64,000 nucleotides of DNA from Kiritimatiellia bacterium. Its GTDB lineage: Bacteria; Verrucomicrobiota; Kiritimatiellia; RFP12; JBMNHG01. The notes below the pieces were generated by a model. The model was given only the letters and a program-made list of their open reading frames with translations. It was not told the DNA's origin and did not search any database. A program made the translations under genes and the position numbers. This document shows positions 38,066 to 48,100 of this stretch, piece by piece (position 1 is the first letter of the stretch; the number at the start of each line of letters is the position of its first letter). The stretch is from assembly GCA_050950285.1 (NCBI GenBank), contig JBMNHG010000002.1, positions 312,296-376,295 of the forward strand, in the 5' to 3' direction.

Positions 38066-39685
38066 TCAGCAGGGGTTGGCCGGCGCCATTTCGGCGCAGC
38101 GGATGGAGCCGAAGGCGGCGCCGTCGGCGAGGGCGGAAACGCCGAGCGCGGCGGCGGGGTCCGTCGGGTAGACGCGCCGGACGATGGCCTGGCGGTGATT
38201 GGCGTAGACTTCGACGACGGAGCGGTCGACGAAGAGGTCGAGCCGGAGCGGCTCGCCGGGGTCGAGACGGAAAGGCGCTTCCTCGACGAGACTGCCGGGG
38301 ATGTCCCGTACCCGCGCCCGGCCCTGTTCGTCCGTGGCTTCGAAGGTCGAGCGGTTGTTGGTCAGCGCCCGCGCGGCGTTGCCGCTCCTTGTGGCGTCGA
38401 AGACCAGCGTTCCCGCCTGGAAGTCGACGTAGACATCGGTGTATTCGCCTCGGCCGGCGTCCTCGCGAAGGCGGAAGCCGGCGCGTGTGGAGGAACCGGG
38501 ATGGATCTCGGCGCGGAGGCGGAACGAGGCGCCGTTCTTCACCGGGAGCGGACGGAGGCCGTCGACGTCGCCGGGTTCGAAAATCTGCGGGTGGATCTCG
38601 AGCCGGTCGAGTTCTTCGGCCGGGGCCATGTGCAGGATGCCGTTTTCCACCCAGAGTTCGCGCGGGAAGCTGTAGACGCCTCGCCAGCCGCCGGCGTCGG
38701 CCCAGTCCTGGAAATCGTCGTGGAGCCAGAACCAGGCCAGCTGCCGGCCGCGGGCGTCGACCAGCGCCTCGGGGGCGAAGCAGGTGTTGTCGCGCCACGA
38801 GAAGCGGCCGTGGGCCGTGGGAAGGAATCTTTCGTGCTCGAGGTTCCCGAGGTAGTACTGAGCGCCGCGGTTGTGGGCGATGAAGAGCAGCAGGAACGTG
38901 CCGGACGCGGGGCCGCCGCCGCGCCGCGCGGGGAGCGGGAGAAAGCTCGGGCACATGTTGTCTTCGTCGTCGGCGGGGCCGTCGGCTTCGAGGCGCTTGT
39001 AGAAGCGGTGCAGATACTGCCAGGAGCGGAGGTCGCCGGAGCGGAAGAGGTCGCAGAAGTCGCCGCGGAAATGCGGATCGGAGCCGGGGCTGCGCCCGAA
39101 GCGGTTGAGGACGCACAAGCCGCCGGCGGCCAGATAGTAGCGGCCGTCCTTCTTCCAGATGTTGCTCGGATCGGCGCAGGCGACAGGGAGGACCTTGCCG
39201 TCGACTTCGATGTCGGCGACGCCCCAGTCGTCGGGCCGGGATGCGATGGCGATGGGCCGGATCCGCTCCCAGACGTCATAGGGCGGCCGGGCCTTTGCGA
39301 GGGCGATGCCGTTGGGGTCGCGCGCGGCGTCGGCGGAGGCGATCTTCCAGAACGTGAGGTAGGCCGTGCCGTCGTCGTCGAGGAACGCGCCGCCGCTGAA
39401 ACATCCGCCGTCGCCGTTCTCGCCGGCGAGAGCGTCCGGGTGGCTGCGCCAGTGCAGCAGGTCGATGGAGGAAATGTGCCCCCAGCGATAGGATTCCGTG
39501 CGATGGTCGCGGTAGAGATACATCAGGTGATAGCGGCCGTCGGCGAAGAAGGCGCCGTTGGGGTCGCCGGGCATTCCGTCGCCGGCGGGCAGCGCAAAGT
39601 GGTATCCGGGGCGCCAGGGGTCGGCGAGGAGGCGGTCGCGGTGGTCGAGGACGGTGTTGACGGCGTCGAAACAGTCGGATTTCAT
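38066..39685 (-). CDS. Glycoside hydrolase family 32 protein (non-canonical catalytic motifs)
   Basis: RPGYHF, GDPNG, YHLMY, WGH.SSIDLLHW, CFSGGA and LFVDRSVVEVYAN motifs. Confidence 0.9.
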   Translation of the reverse strand: MKSDCFDAVNTVLDHRDRLLADPWRPGYHFALPAGDGMPGDPNGAFFADGRYHLMYLYRDHRTESYRWGHISSIDLLHWRSHPDALAGENGDGGCFSGGAFLDDDGTAYLTFWKIASADAARDPNGIALAKARPPYDVWERIRPIAIASRPDDWGVADIEVDGKVLPVACADPSNIWKKDGRYYLAAGGLCVLNRFGRSPGSDPHFRGDFCDLFRSGDLRSWQYLHRFYKRLEADGPADDEDNMCPSFLPLPARRGGGPASGTFLLLFIAHNRGAQYYLGNLEHERFLPTAHGRFSWRDNTCFAPEALVDARGRQLAWFWLHDDFQDWADAGGWRGVYSFPRELWVENGILHMAPAEELDRLEIHPQIFEPGDVDGLRPLPVKNGASFRLRAEIHPGSSTRAGFRLREDAGRGEYTDVYVDFQAGTLVFDATRSGNAARALTNNRSTFEATDEQGRARVRDIPGSLVEEAPFRLDPGEPLRLDLFVDRSVVEVYANHRQAIVRRVYPTDPAAALGVSALADGAAFGSIRCAEMAPANPC

Positions 39686-42600
39686 GGCTGGATGGGAATG
39701 AGTTCGGCCAAGCCGAGGTCGATACGGGGGGCGGGGGTGGGAGACAGGCAGGTGAACTTGACGCTGAGGATGCCGGAGCGGGCGCCGGCGGGGACGTGCA
39801 CAAGCCCGTCGGCGCTGATGCGTTCGCTTACGCCGGCGCAGGTGCGCCAGTCGGTCGAATCCTCCTCGATGCGCACGAAGGGGACGTGGCGGATCTCGCG
39901 CCCGTCCTCTCCGTGGAAATGAAGCCGCAGCGTGGCGCAGCAGTAGCCGCGGTCCGGTCCGGGCTCGCGGATCTCGCGCCGGAGTCCCGAGGCGCAGTAG
40001 CGGATGCGCGGCAGGAGCGTCTCGCCTCCTGTGACGGCGAAGGCGCGGCAGAGCGAGACGTGCGGCGCGCCGGAGCCGCCGTTCGCCGCCCGGCGGAAGT
40101 CCTCGTAGTCGGGGGCGGTGAAGGCATCCGGCGGGAAGACGCAGGCGTTGGTGACGAGGATCGTGACCTCCGGGAAGGAGGCCGGCGCCACTTCCGCATC
40201 GGCGCCGTGGCGCTCCAGCTCGACGATCCAGGGTTCGTCGGCGAAGAGATTGTCGCGGGCGGGCCGGAAGACGGGGCCCCAGCGGTCGGGGCGGAGTGTC
40301 GCTTCGGTGGTGAGATCGCTCAGCATGCCCGTGTCGTCATTGTAGTGGCAGAGCCGGCGCTCGCGGCCGGAGACGCCGTCGGAGAAGACGATGCCCACGT
40401 CGCCGCGCAGGTCGCGCGTGTCGTCGGCGGAAAGGCCGAGGGCGGCGAGGGGGATCCGGGCGGAGAGAAGGTATCCGTCCGGAGCGGCTTCGATGGAGAC
40501 CTCCGCGTTTTCCAGCACCGTGATCCGGTCGAACCGGGCGGCCATGAGCTGGACGGGCGACTCCGCGGGCGGGTCGGTGCGCGGCTCGTAGAGGACGGCG
40601 ACAGGCTGGCCGCCGAGAGCCGAGAGGAGAAGCCGCCTGTCGCCCGGGACGGCTTCGCGGCGGTCCGCCGGGGCGTCGGGGTCGGTCTCGAGGAAGAGGT
40701 CGATGCAGTCTCCGGCGAGGAAGAGCGTGCGGACATCGCGTCCGGCCTGGTGGAAGCCGCCATGCGCCGTGCGGACGCCGGCGCGAAGCTGGAGATCGTC
40801 GCCGATGCGGGCGAGTCCGATGACGGCGGAGCGCGACGGGGAAAGCGGATCGGCGAGGGAGATTTCCCGCACCGATGCCGGGTCCGGACGGGGGGCGATG
40901 ACGATGGGGTCCCTGGGTTCGGGCGCGGCGCCGGCCCCGTCGGCCGGGGTCTGGCTCCGCGCGAGATCGTCGGCGGCGACGGAGAAGGCGCTCTCGAAGC
41001 GGGAGGCGTTCTCCAGTCCGCGCAGACGGAAGAAGTGAGGCGCGTTGTTGCCGCCGTTGATCACGTAGAGCGAGCCGTCGGCCGTCTGGTGGTAGAAGGT
41101 CAGGCTTTCGCCCCAGAGCGCGTCGGGGCCGAGCTTGGCGTCGGAGAAGAACGTGCCGACAAGGAGCCCGTCGGAGGAGACGAGGTAGGGGCGGCAGTTC
41201 CACCACCAGATCCAGGAGCCGAGGACGGAGCCGATGCCGGGGACGTCGAATTCGCCGCAGAAGGCGCTTGCCTCGAACGAGTTCTCCGTGAGGTCCTCGG
41301 CGGCGGGGATGCGCCAGCGCACCGTGCCGTCGGGGGTGAAGGAGACCGCCGCGTCGCGGGACTCGGGCTTCTGCATGGCGCTATGCCGGGAGGAGCTTGT
41401 GAGCGTGGCGTGGATGTTGCCCGCCCGGTCGGCGAAGAGTCCGGCGAGGCAATGCCCCGGGGAGGGGAAGCGGTGCAGGATCGTCGTGCGGGCGACATCG
41501 TAGACGGGACCCGTCGGCAGCCATTCGACCGGAGCGAGCCGGTAGATGCACTCGGCGTCGCGGCAGAAGCCGCCGACGTAGATGACGCCGGAGGGATCGC
41601 AGGCTTGCGACCAGTCGATGTGGAACTCGGCCTGTTCGTTGCCGTTCGCGCCGAAGGGCTCCCCGCGCGTGAGCGACGGGTGCCAGGTCATTTCCTCCTC
41701 CTGCGCCAGGCCGTCGCCGTTGCGGTCGCTCCAGGCGAAGTTGTCGCCGGCGTGCCCCCGGAAGAACGCGGGGCGCGCGTCCGGGTAGAGGTGGCGGCCG
41801 ATATCGCTGTCCCATGTGAGCGCGCCGGTGCCGTCCCGGTCCGTACGCAGGCGCTGCACGCAACCGACGGCGGCGCAGGGGACGGGGGGCGTGTCCGGCT
41901 CGATGCGGAAGATCGCGATGGAATTGACATCGCCGCCGAGCGCGAGGTAGGTGCGTCCGTCCTTCTCGAACGTCGTTCCGCTGTTGATGGAGATCGCGTT
42001 GGCGGCGCTCGGCGTGAAGGGCGCCCGGTCGTCCATGCGCCTCAGGTCGGTCCCGAGGATGCGCGAGGCGCCGGTCCGGAAATCGAAGTCCCAGACGTTG
42101 CCGCCGAAGTGGAGACGCCCTTCGGGCTCGCCGGGGACGGTCCAGAAAAAGGTGCTTGTGGAATAGGGGAAGGGGCCGAGGAAATCGCGGCGGAACGCGC
42201 CGGTGGCCGCGTCCCAGACGGAGAGGCGCTTGGGGTGCATGTCGGCCTCGGCGACGTAGAGCGCGCCCTGCCCGGTCACGGCGAGCCCGTGCGGGAGAAG
42301 CATCGCGTCCTCTTTCCACGGTCCGACGAACGGGCGGCCTCCCGGGGCTCCGACGGCGCCGAGCGCCCGTCCGTCCGGCGAAAATCGTTTCACCTGCATC
42401 GCGCGGCCCCAGTCGGAGACGAGGATCGTGCCGTCGGGCGCCTCGGTGAGGGCGACCGGGGCGTCGAGGCCGGCGGTGACGACGGGCGTGACGGCGTTGT
42501 CGGGCGCGATGCGCACGACGCGTTCGCCCGAAATCGCCAGCAGGGTGCCGTCCGGGCGCGCATGGAGGCCGGCAGGGCGTTCGAGCGGCATTTCGCCGGT

Positions 42601-44751
42601 TTTCCCTGCGGTGTCGGGGTGGAAGAACTCCAGTTTGTTTTCGTAGAGGCGGGAGACGGCGATCCGTTCGGGCGTGGCGGCAAGACCGATTGCCGAAGTG
42701 GTCTCGCCGGAGCCGGTGCACCAGTAGCGCGGCTGTCCGATGTAGCGCGCGGGACGGAAACCGTCCTCCCGGACCAGGGTCGGCAGCGAGGTCGATTCCT
42801 CGCGGTAGGGCCAGCGCGCGATGACGGTGTCGGGGTCGGTCCTGGAGAAGGCGGCGCGGTCGCCGGTCGCGGCGTCATAGCAGACGAGGATCGCGCGCCC
42901 CACGGCGTGGAGGCCGTTTGCGAGGAGGCGGCCGGTCTTCGTGTCGTCGAGTTCCGGTCCGGAATAGAGCGCGTAGAGCCGTCCGTCGAGGTACGAGAGC
43001 GAGACGCAGCGCGGGAAGAAACGCGGCTCGCCGACGCTCCAGATCTTGCGTCCGTCCGGGCCGAGCTTCATCACGGCGAAGCCGTTTTCGGAACCGGGGG
43101 CGGCGACGTAGACGTTCTCGCCGTCCGTCGCGACGCCCTGGGGCGGCGCCTCGTCGCTCAGCCAGTCGCCGCGGCCGTCGGCCGTGGGCCACGGGGGGGA
43201 GCCGGGGTTCCCGAGCGTGCCGATGTAGTCCCAGGCGATTTTGTCGCGGACGATGCCGCGGATGCGGTAGTCGCCCGGTGCGACCGGTTCGCCGTGCATG
43301 TCGAGCCCGTCCCAGGGTTCGGCCTGGACGCCCTTTTCGCGCCAGGCACCGACGGCGAGCTGCCGCACCAGACGGCCGTCCGCGTGGAAGACGCCGATCG
43401 AGACGTGGCCGTCACGCGGCATCGTGTAAGGGGCCGCGAGCCGTGGCTCCGGCTCGAGACGCAGGGCGGAGACGAAATGGAAGGCCGGGGATCCGGCGCA
43501 CCACCACGGCTGGGCGGTCGCGCGCCAGACGGGGCGCTCCGCGTCTTCGGGGCCGGCCGACGGACGCCGGAGCGGGAGGACGGTCCAGGGAAGCCGGATC
43601 TCGTAGGCCACGGCGGGGCCGGCGTCTTTTCCGTCCGGCATCCCCCGGATGGCGAGCTCCGCTCCCTGCGCGAGGAGATCGCGGCGTTCGGGGGCGGCGC
43701 CGTCGATCGTCAGGGCGAGCCGCCCGGTGGCGGTGTCCGGCCAGGCGCAGAGGGAGGCGCTGTCCGGGCCGCCGTCGGAAAAGCGCAGCTGGAGGGCGTC
43801 GCCGCCCCCGTAGCCGGCGCCGGTCGAGGCGGGGGCGGAGTTGAGGGGGATGCCGTCGGGATGGCGGAGCGTCGCCGCGACATAGAGCGCGTCGTCGTCG
43901 AAGGCGAAGGCCAGCGTGCCGGAGAAGGACGGATCGGCCGAGCCGGGCAGGAGCGCGAACGGGAACGAGGGAAGCCCGGACCAGTCGGCGAGATCGCCGT
44001 CGATGGCGACGGGGCGGTCGAGGCGCGGGGCGGGCGCACGGGTGGCGTCGCGCACGAGAGGCGTGTCGACGGGGACGAGCGCCTCGGCTCCGGCGCCGAA
44101 GACGAGCGTGCCCCACTGTTCCGGATTCGGCAGATAGGCGTTGGCGGCGAAACGGGGCGATGCGGTGAGCGCGGACAGGCTTTGGTGGATGCGGTCGCGA
44201 CGTTCGGCTTCCGGGCGCGTGCGCAGCGTGTCGGGCCCCATGCCCTCCCAGGAGAGAGCGACGTCGATGCGCGGAACCCGGACCAGATCGGGAAGTTCGG
44301 AGAGCGGTATCCGTGCCTCGAAATGCCCCGGCGCACCGGACGTCGTCCCGGAAACGGCCCGTGCGAGAAGGTCGATCCGGACGGCGGGGTCCGTCTCGGC
44401 GAGGAAGGTGAGGACCGCCGTGGCGAAGGCGGGCGTCGGTCCGTTGCCCGTCGGTTCCGCCCGGAGAGCCACATGAAGGGATGCCTCGTCGCGCATCAGG
44501 GCGATGGATGCCGCCGGACCGGGCGCGGAAGCGATGCCGGCCCGCAGGGCGGCTTCGGATGCCGGCACGGACTCGAGCCGCGTGAAAAGGGACTCGTTCC
44601 AGTCCGAAAGATCTCCGTCGGCTTCCGGGGGCTGGACGGCCCAGGAGACGGGCGGGAGCGTGAAATCCCTTACCTGCCCCGCAAAGACGGGCAGGACGGC
44701 GATGACGCCTGTCCAGAAAAGCAGTTTCCGTAAACGCGATGCAGTCTGCAT
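39682..44751 (-). CDS. Large secreted protein (about 1689 aa): CBM9-like, FlgD-like, NHL/beta-propeller and CBM9-like domains; paralogue of 19306..23208
   Basis: Signal-like MQTASRLRKLLFWTGVIAVLPVFA; DGDLSDW and IDGDLADW; WDGLDMHGEPVAPGDYRIRG; PHGLAVTGQGALYVAE; LRGDVG. ATGA overlap with the GH32 start. Confidence 0.8.
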   Translation of the reverse strand: MQTASRLRKLLFWTGVIAVLPVFAGQVRDFTLPPVSWAVQPPEADGDLSDWNESLFTRLESVPASEAALRAGIASAPGPAASIALMRDEASLHVALRAEPTGNGPTPAFATAVLTFLAETDPAVRIDLLARAVSGTTSGAPGHFEARIPLSELPDLVRVPRIDVALSWEGMGPDTLRTRPEAERRDRIHQSLSALTASPRFAANAYLPNPEQWGTLVFGAGAEALVPVDTPLVRDATRAPAPRLDRPVAIDGDLADWSGLPSFPFALLPGSADPSFSGTLAFAFDDDALYVAATLRHPDGIPLNSAPASTGAGYGGGDALQLRFSDGGPDSASLCAWPDTATGRLALTIDGAAPERRDLLAQGAELAIRGMPDGKDAGPAVAYEIRLPWTVLPLRRPSAGPEDAERPVWRATAQPWWCAGSPAFHFVSALRLEPEPRLAAPYTMPRDGHVSIGVFHADGRLVRQLAVGAWREKGVQAEPWDGLDMHGEPVAPGDYRIRGIVRDKIAWDYIGTLGNPGSPPWPTADGRGDWLSDEAPPQGVATDGENVYVAAPGSENGFAVMKLGPDGRKIWSVGEPRFFPRCVSLSYLDGRLYALYSGPELDDTKTGRLLANGLHAVGRAILVCYDAATGDRAAFSRTDPDTVIARWPYREESTSLPTLVREDGFRPARYIGQPRYWCTGSGETTSAIGLAATPERIAVSRLYENKLEFFHPDTAGKTGEMPLERPAGLHARPDGTLLAISGERVVRIAPDNAVTPVVTAGLDAPVALTEAPDGTILVSDWGRAMQVKRFSPDGRALGAVGAPGGRPFVGPWKEDAMLLPHGLAVTGQGALYVAEADMHPKRLSVWDAATGAFRRDFLGPFPYSTSTFFWTVPGEPEGRLHFGGNVWDFDFRTGASRILGTDLRRMDDRAPFTPSAANAISINSGTTFEKDGRTYLALGGDVNSIAIFRIEPDTPPVPCAAVGCVQRLRTDRDGTGALTWDSDIGRHLYPDARPAFFRGHAGDNFAWSDRNGDGLAQEEEMTWHPSLTRGEPFGANGNEQAEFHIDWSQACDPSGVIYVGGFCRDAECIYRLAPVEWLPTGPVYDVARTTILHRFPSPGHCLAGLFADRAGNIHATLTSSSRHSAMQKPESRDAAVSFTPDGTVRWRIPAAEDLTENSFEASAFCGEFDVPGIGSVLGSWIWWWNCRPYLVSSDGLLVGTFFSDAKLGPDALWGESLTFYHQTADGSLYVINGGNNAPHFFRLRGLENASRFESAFSVAADDLARSQTPADGAGAAPEPRDPIVIAPRPDPASVREISLADPLSPSRSAVIGLARIGDDLQLRAGVRTAHGGFHQAGRDVRTLFLAGDCIDLFLETDPDAPADRREAVPGDRRLLLSALGGQPVAVLYEPRTDPPAESPVQLMAARFDRITVLENAEVSIEAAPDGYLLSARIPLAALGLSADDTRDLRGDVGIVFSDGVSGRERRLCHYNDDTGMLSDLTTEATLRPDRWGPVFRPARDNLFADEPWIVELERHGADAEVAPASFPEVTILVTNACVFPPDAFTAPDYEDFRRAANGGSGAPHVSLCRAFAVTGGETLLPRIRYCASGLRREIREPGPDRGYCCATLRLHFHGEDGREIRHVPFVRIEEDSTDWRTCAGVSERISADGLVHVPAGARSGILSVKFTCLSPTPAPRIDLGLAELIPIQP

Positions 44752-45013
44752 GTGTCGTCCTCCATCGGCCTGTTCGCAATGCCGGTGCAGGGCGGCGAAG
44801 GCCCCTGCGCCGCAAAACGGCGGAACCCGATGCCCATGTGTGCGGACGAGCATACCCTATTCACGAAAACCCATGCAAGGAAAAGCGGCCTCGCCCGCCG
44901 ACAGGTCCGTTGTGGAACAGCATCCCGCCCTGGCGCTTCCCGATGCGGGAGGGCGGGATCGGCAAACCGGATCCGTCGTTCGTCGCGCGCGGAATGTTTC
45001 GTCGGAATGTTCC

Positions 45014-45043
45014 TTGACATGACTTCTTCTTCTCTCCCATAAT
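45014..45043 (+). promoter_or_regulatory. Putative sigma70 promoter of the 1602-aa surface protein
   Basis: TTGACA-N18-CATAAT, about 100 nt upstream of ATG 45143. Confidence 0.6.
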
Positions 45044-45142
45044 CGGATTTGCCTCGACAGCTCGACAACTGCAACGACCGGCACGGCAGCGACCAGCCAA
45101 CGGACGTTGCGGTACACCCCAAAAAACCGAAGGATTGCAACC

Positions 45143-48100
45143 ATGACTGCCACGACCCGACTTCTCCGCCGGACCACCTGTGCGTTGATGATGGCGGCGG
45201 CACTTTCGCCGTTTGCCATTCACGCCTACCAAGACACGTTCCTTTCCACCGACGACGACTCCGTGGTGCGCTACGATCGGGCGGACGGAGTGGTTGTCTA
45301 CGCCTTCACCAACGCGGCGGGCGATGTGGCGGTCACCCCGGCCTGCAATCTGCAGCTCGAGGAGATGCTTCTTGCGGGCGGCGGCGGCGCGGGCGGCTGG
45401 ACCATCGGCGGCGGAGGAGGAGGCGGCGGCGTGGTCACGAACGTCCCGGGCGTGATCGTTGCCCCCGCCGACGTCCCCTTCACCCTTTCCGTGGGCGCGG
45501 GCGGCAACAACTTCCCCACTGCAGGCGGCTGGGTTTCCGGCGGCCCCGGCGGCGCCACCACCCTTGCCATCGGCGGGACGAATTTTGTCGCCTGCGGCGG
45601 CGGCGGCGGTGCAGGATGGAATGTAAGGAACGCGGCGGACACCTCGCCCTCGGCGCCGATCGCCAATGGCGGCGGCGGCGCCGGCCAAAGCGGCAATGTC
45701 GGCGGCAAGGGCGGCGCAGGCCTCTTCTTCACGGGCGGCGACGTCGTCATCTACCCCGGCAGCAACAACAACGCCCCTGGCGGCGGAGCCGGAGCCGGCG
45801 GCGACGGCTTTACCAGCTCCGCCAACCTGCAAGCGGGCGAAGGCGGTCCCGGCATCCTCTCCTCCATCACGGGCGTCGAGCTCGACTACTGTGCGGGCGG
45901 CGGCGGCGGCGGCGGCAACGGCATCTACGCGTCCGCTGCGGGCGGCGAGTCCGCCGGACGGGGCGGCAACGGCAACGCGACCGGCGGCCTCGAACACGGT
46001 CTCCCCGGCCTGGACGGCCGCGGCGGCGGCGGTGGCGGCGGCGCGTTTTCCGGCGCCACGCCCGGTGGAAGGGGTGGTTCCGGCGCCGTCATCCTGGCCT
46101 TCCGCCCGGCGTCGATCGCCATCCTCAACCACATCACCGGAAGCGCCCACTACACGGTCTTCGATTCCGTCCAGGTCGTCTCGCTCCCCCAGATGGATGC
46201 CTCGGACGTCTACCAGATCTCCTGCGACGCCGGACCTTCGATGGATCCGGCCGACTGGACGCCATACGACCCGGATGCGGCGCTCCCGGTCGTCTCGTTC
46301 CCTGCGGGCACGCCGTACGGCACGGTCACCGTCTATTGCCATGTGAAGCCCGCGACGGGCACGCTGGCCGACGTCGAGACCTCGTCCGATTCCATCGCCT
46401 ACCTCGACCCCGCGACCGCGGCCACGCCCACGGCAAGCACGAAGGACATCACCCTGGTGCTCGACAGCGTCGCCGGCGGCGTGACGGTCACCCCCGCCGA
46501 CGTCGACGACGGCAGTTCCGACGGCACCTACGGCCTCTTCGGCATGGGCGTTGCGCCACGGGTTGTCACGGGCGACGCCGACGTGACCCTCTTCGTGACC
46601 AACATGGCGGGCGCCGCCTCCAGCGCCGTCGCCCACATCACGGCGACCCATCTCGACTTCAACGTGGCGACCAATGGCAGCGACGCCACGGGCACCGGCC
46701 GCCTCGCCGCCCCGTTCGGCACGATCTCCAACGCGCTGGCGAAGGCCCGGGCCGCCTATGCGGACGATGGCAACGCGCGCACCGTGTATGCCGCTGCGGG
46801 CGCCTATTCGGCCGCCCTCACGGGCGAAGTCTTCCCGCTTGCAGTCCCCGAAGGCGTGTCGCTCGTGGGCGCCGGCATGGGCGAGACCATCCTGGACGCC
46901 GCCTACGCCGCCCGCCACATCACGCTCGACGCCTCCTCCGTTCCCGCGCGGGTGGCCGGCCTCTCGCTCCGCGGCGCCAAGACGCGCGCCATCCACTCCG
47001 CCGCCTGGGGAGGCACGGTCGAGAATGTCGAAATCAGCGACGTCTCCTCGCCGGACGAGGTGCTCTACTACAACAACGGCGGAAGCGCCCGCGACCTCGT
47101 CCTCTCCGGGCTTTGCGTCACGAACATCTCCTCCGCCACGCGGAGGTTCGTCTCCCTCGTCGGAAGCGGCACCCTCACCCTCACGAACTGCCTCTTCAAG
47201 GGCCTCTCCACGACCGTGGGCGCTGCGCAGGCGAACGGGAACTTCCAGGTCCAGTCGAACGCCGGAATCGGCCAGAACGGCTGGCCCTGCACGATGGTGG
47301 ACTGCGTCTTCGAAGACATCTCGAGCTCCGGCGCGGGCAACTACGAAGGCGGGTTCATCACGACGGGACAGACGGGGGGCAGGCACGTCGTCGACCGCTG
47401 CATCTTCCGCAACATCACCTTCCAGAACAAGTCCGAGATGCTCCTCTGCTTCAACCGCAGCGGCAGCCCTCTCGTCAGCAACTCGCTCTTCGCCGACATC
47501 TCGATGCCGGACACCGCCGGCTTCTCCAGCTGCGTCGGCGGCTTCCGTTCCCATCCCCGCGTGCGCAACTGCACCTTCCACAACTGCACGGGCAACGTCT
47601 TCCGTCCGCCGCAGAAGACCGGCAGCTACTACACCCGCGCCTACAACTGCATCGTCAGCGGGTGCGGCAGCCTCTGCAACCACAGCCCGGACACGCTCTA
47701 CCTCTACAACGTGAACCTCCACGAAACGCCGGAGGGATCGGGCTACAGCGCCGCCAACAGCGCGAACGTGACCGGCAGCATCCCCTATTTCAAGGACGCG
47801 GGGAACGGCGACCTCGCGCTCAAGCCCATGAGCCCGCTGGTCGACGCCGGCGACAACGCATACGTGGAAGCCACCACGGCGCATGATCTCGCGCTCGGCG
47901 CGCGCATCGTGGACGGCAACGACGACGGAACGGCCACCGTCGACCTGGGCGCCTACGAGTTCGACCCCTCGTCGCTCGGCGCCCGCTTCGCGAGCGGCGC
48001 CGCCTCCTACGGCCTCTTCGCAGGCGGCAGCATCGCCATCCCCGTCTGGATCGAGCCGCCGCAGGCGTGCGGCCCCGTCACCGCCGCCATCTCCTACCCC

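Noticed and set aside
45370..46090. GGC-rich runs
   Set aside because: They encode the glycine-rich domain and are not a separate DNA repeat element.
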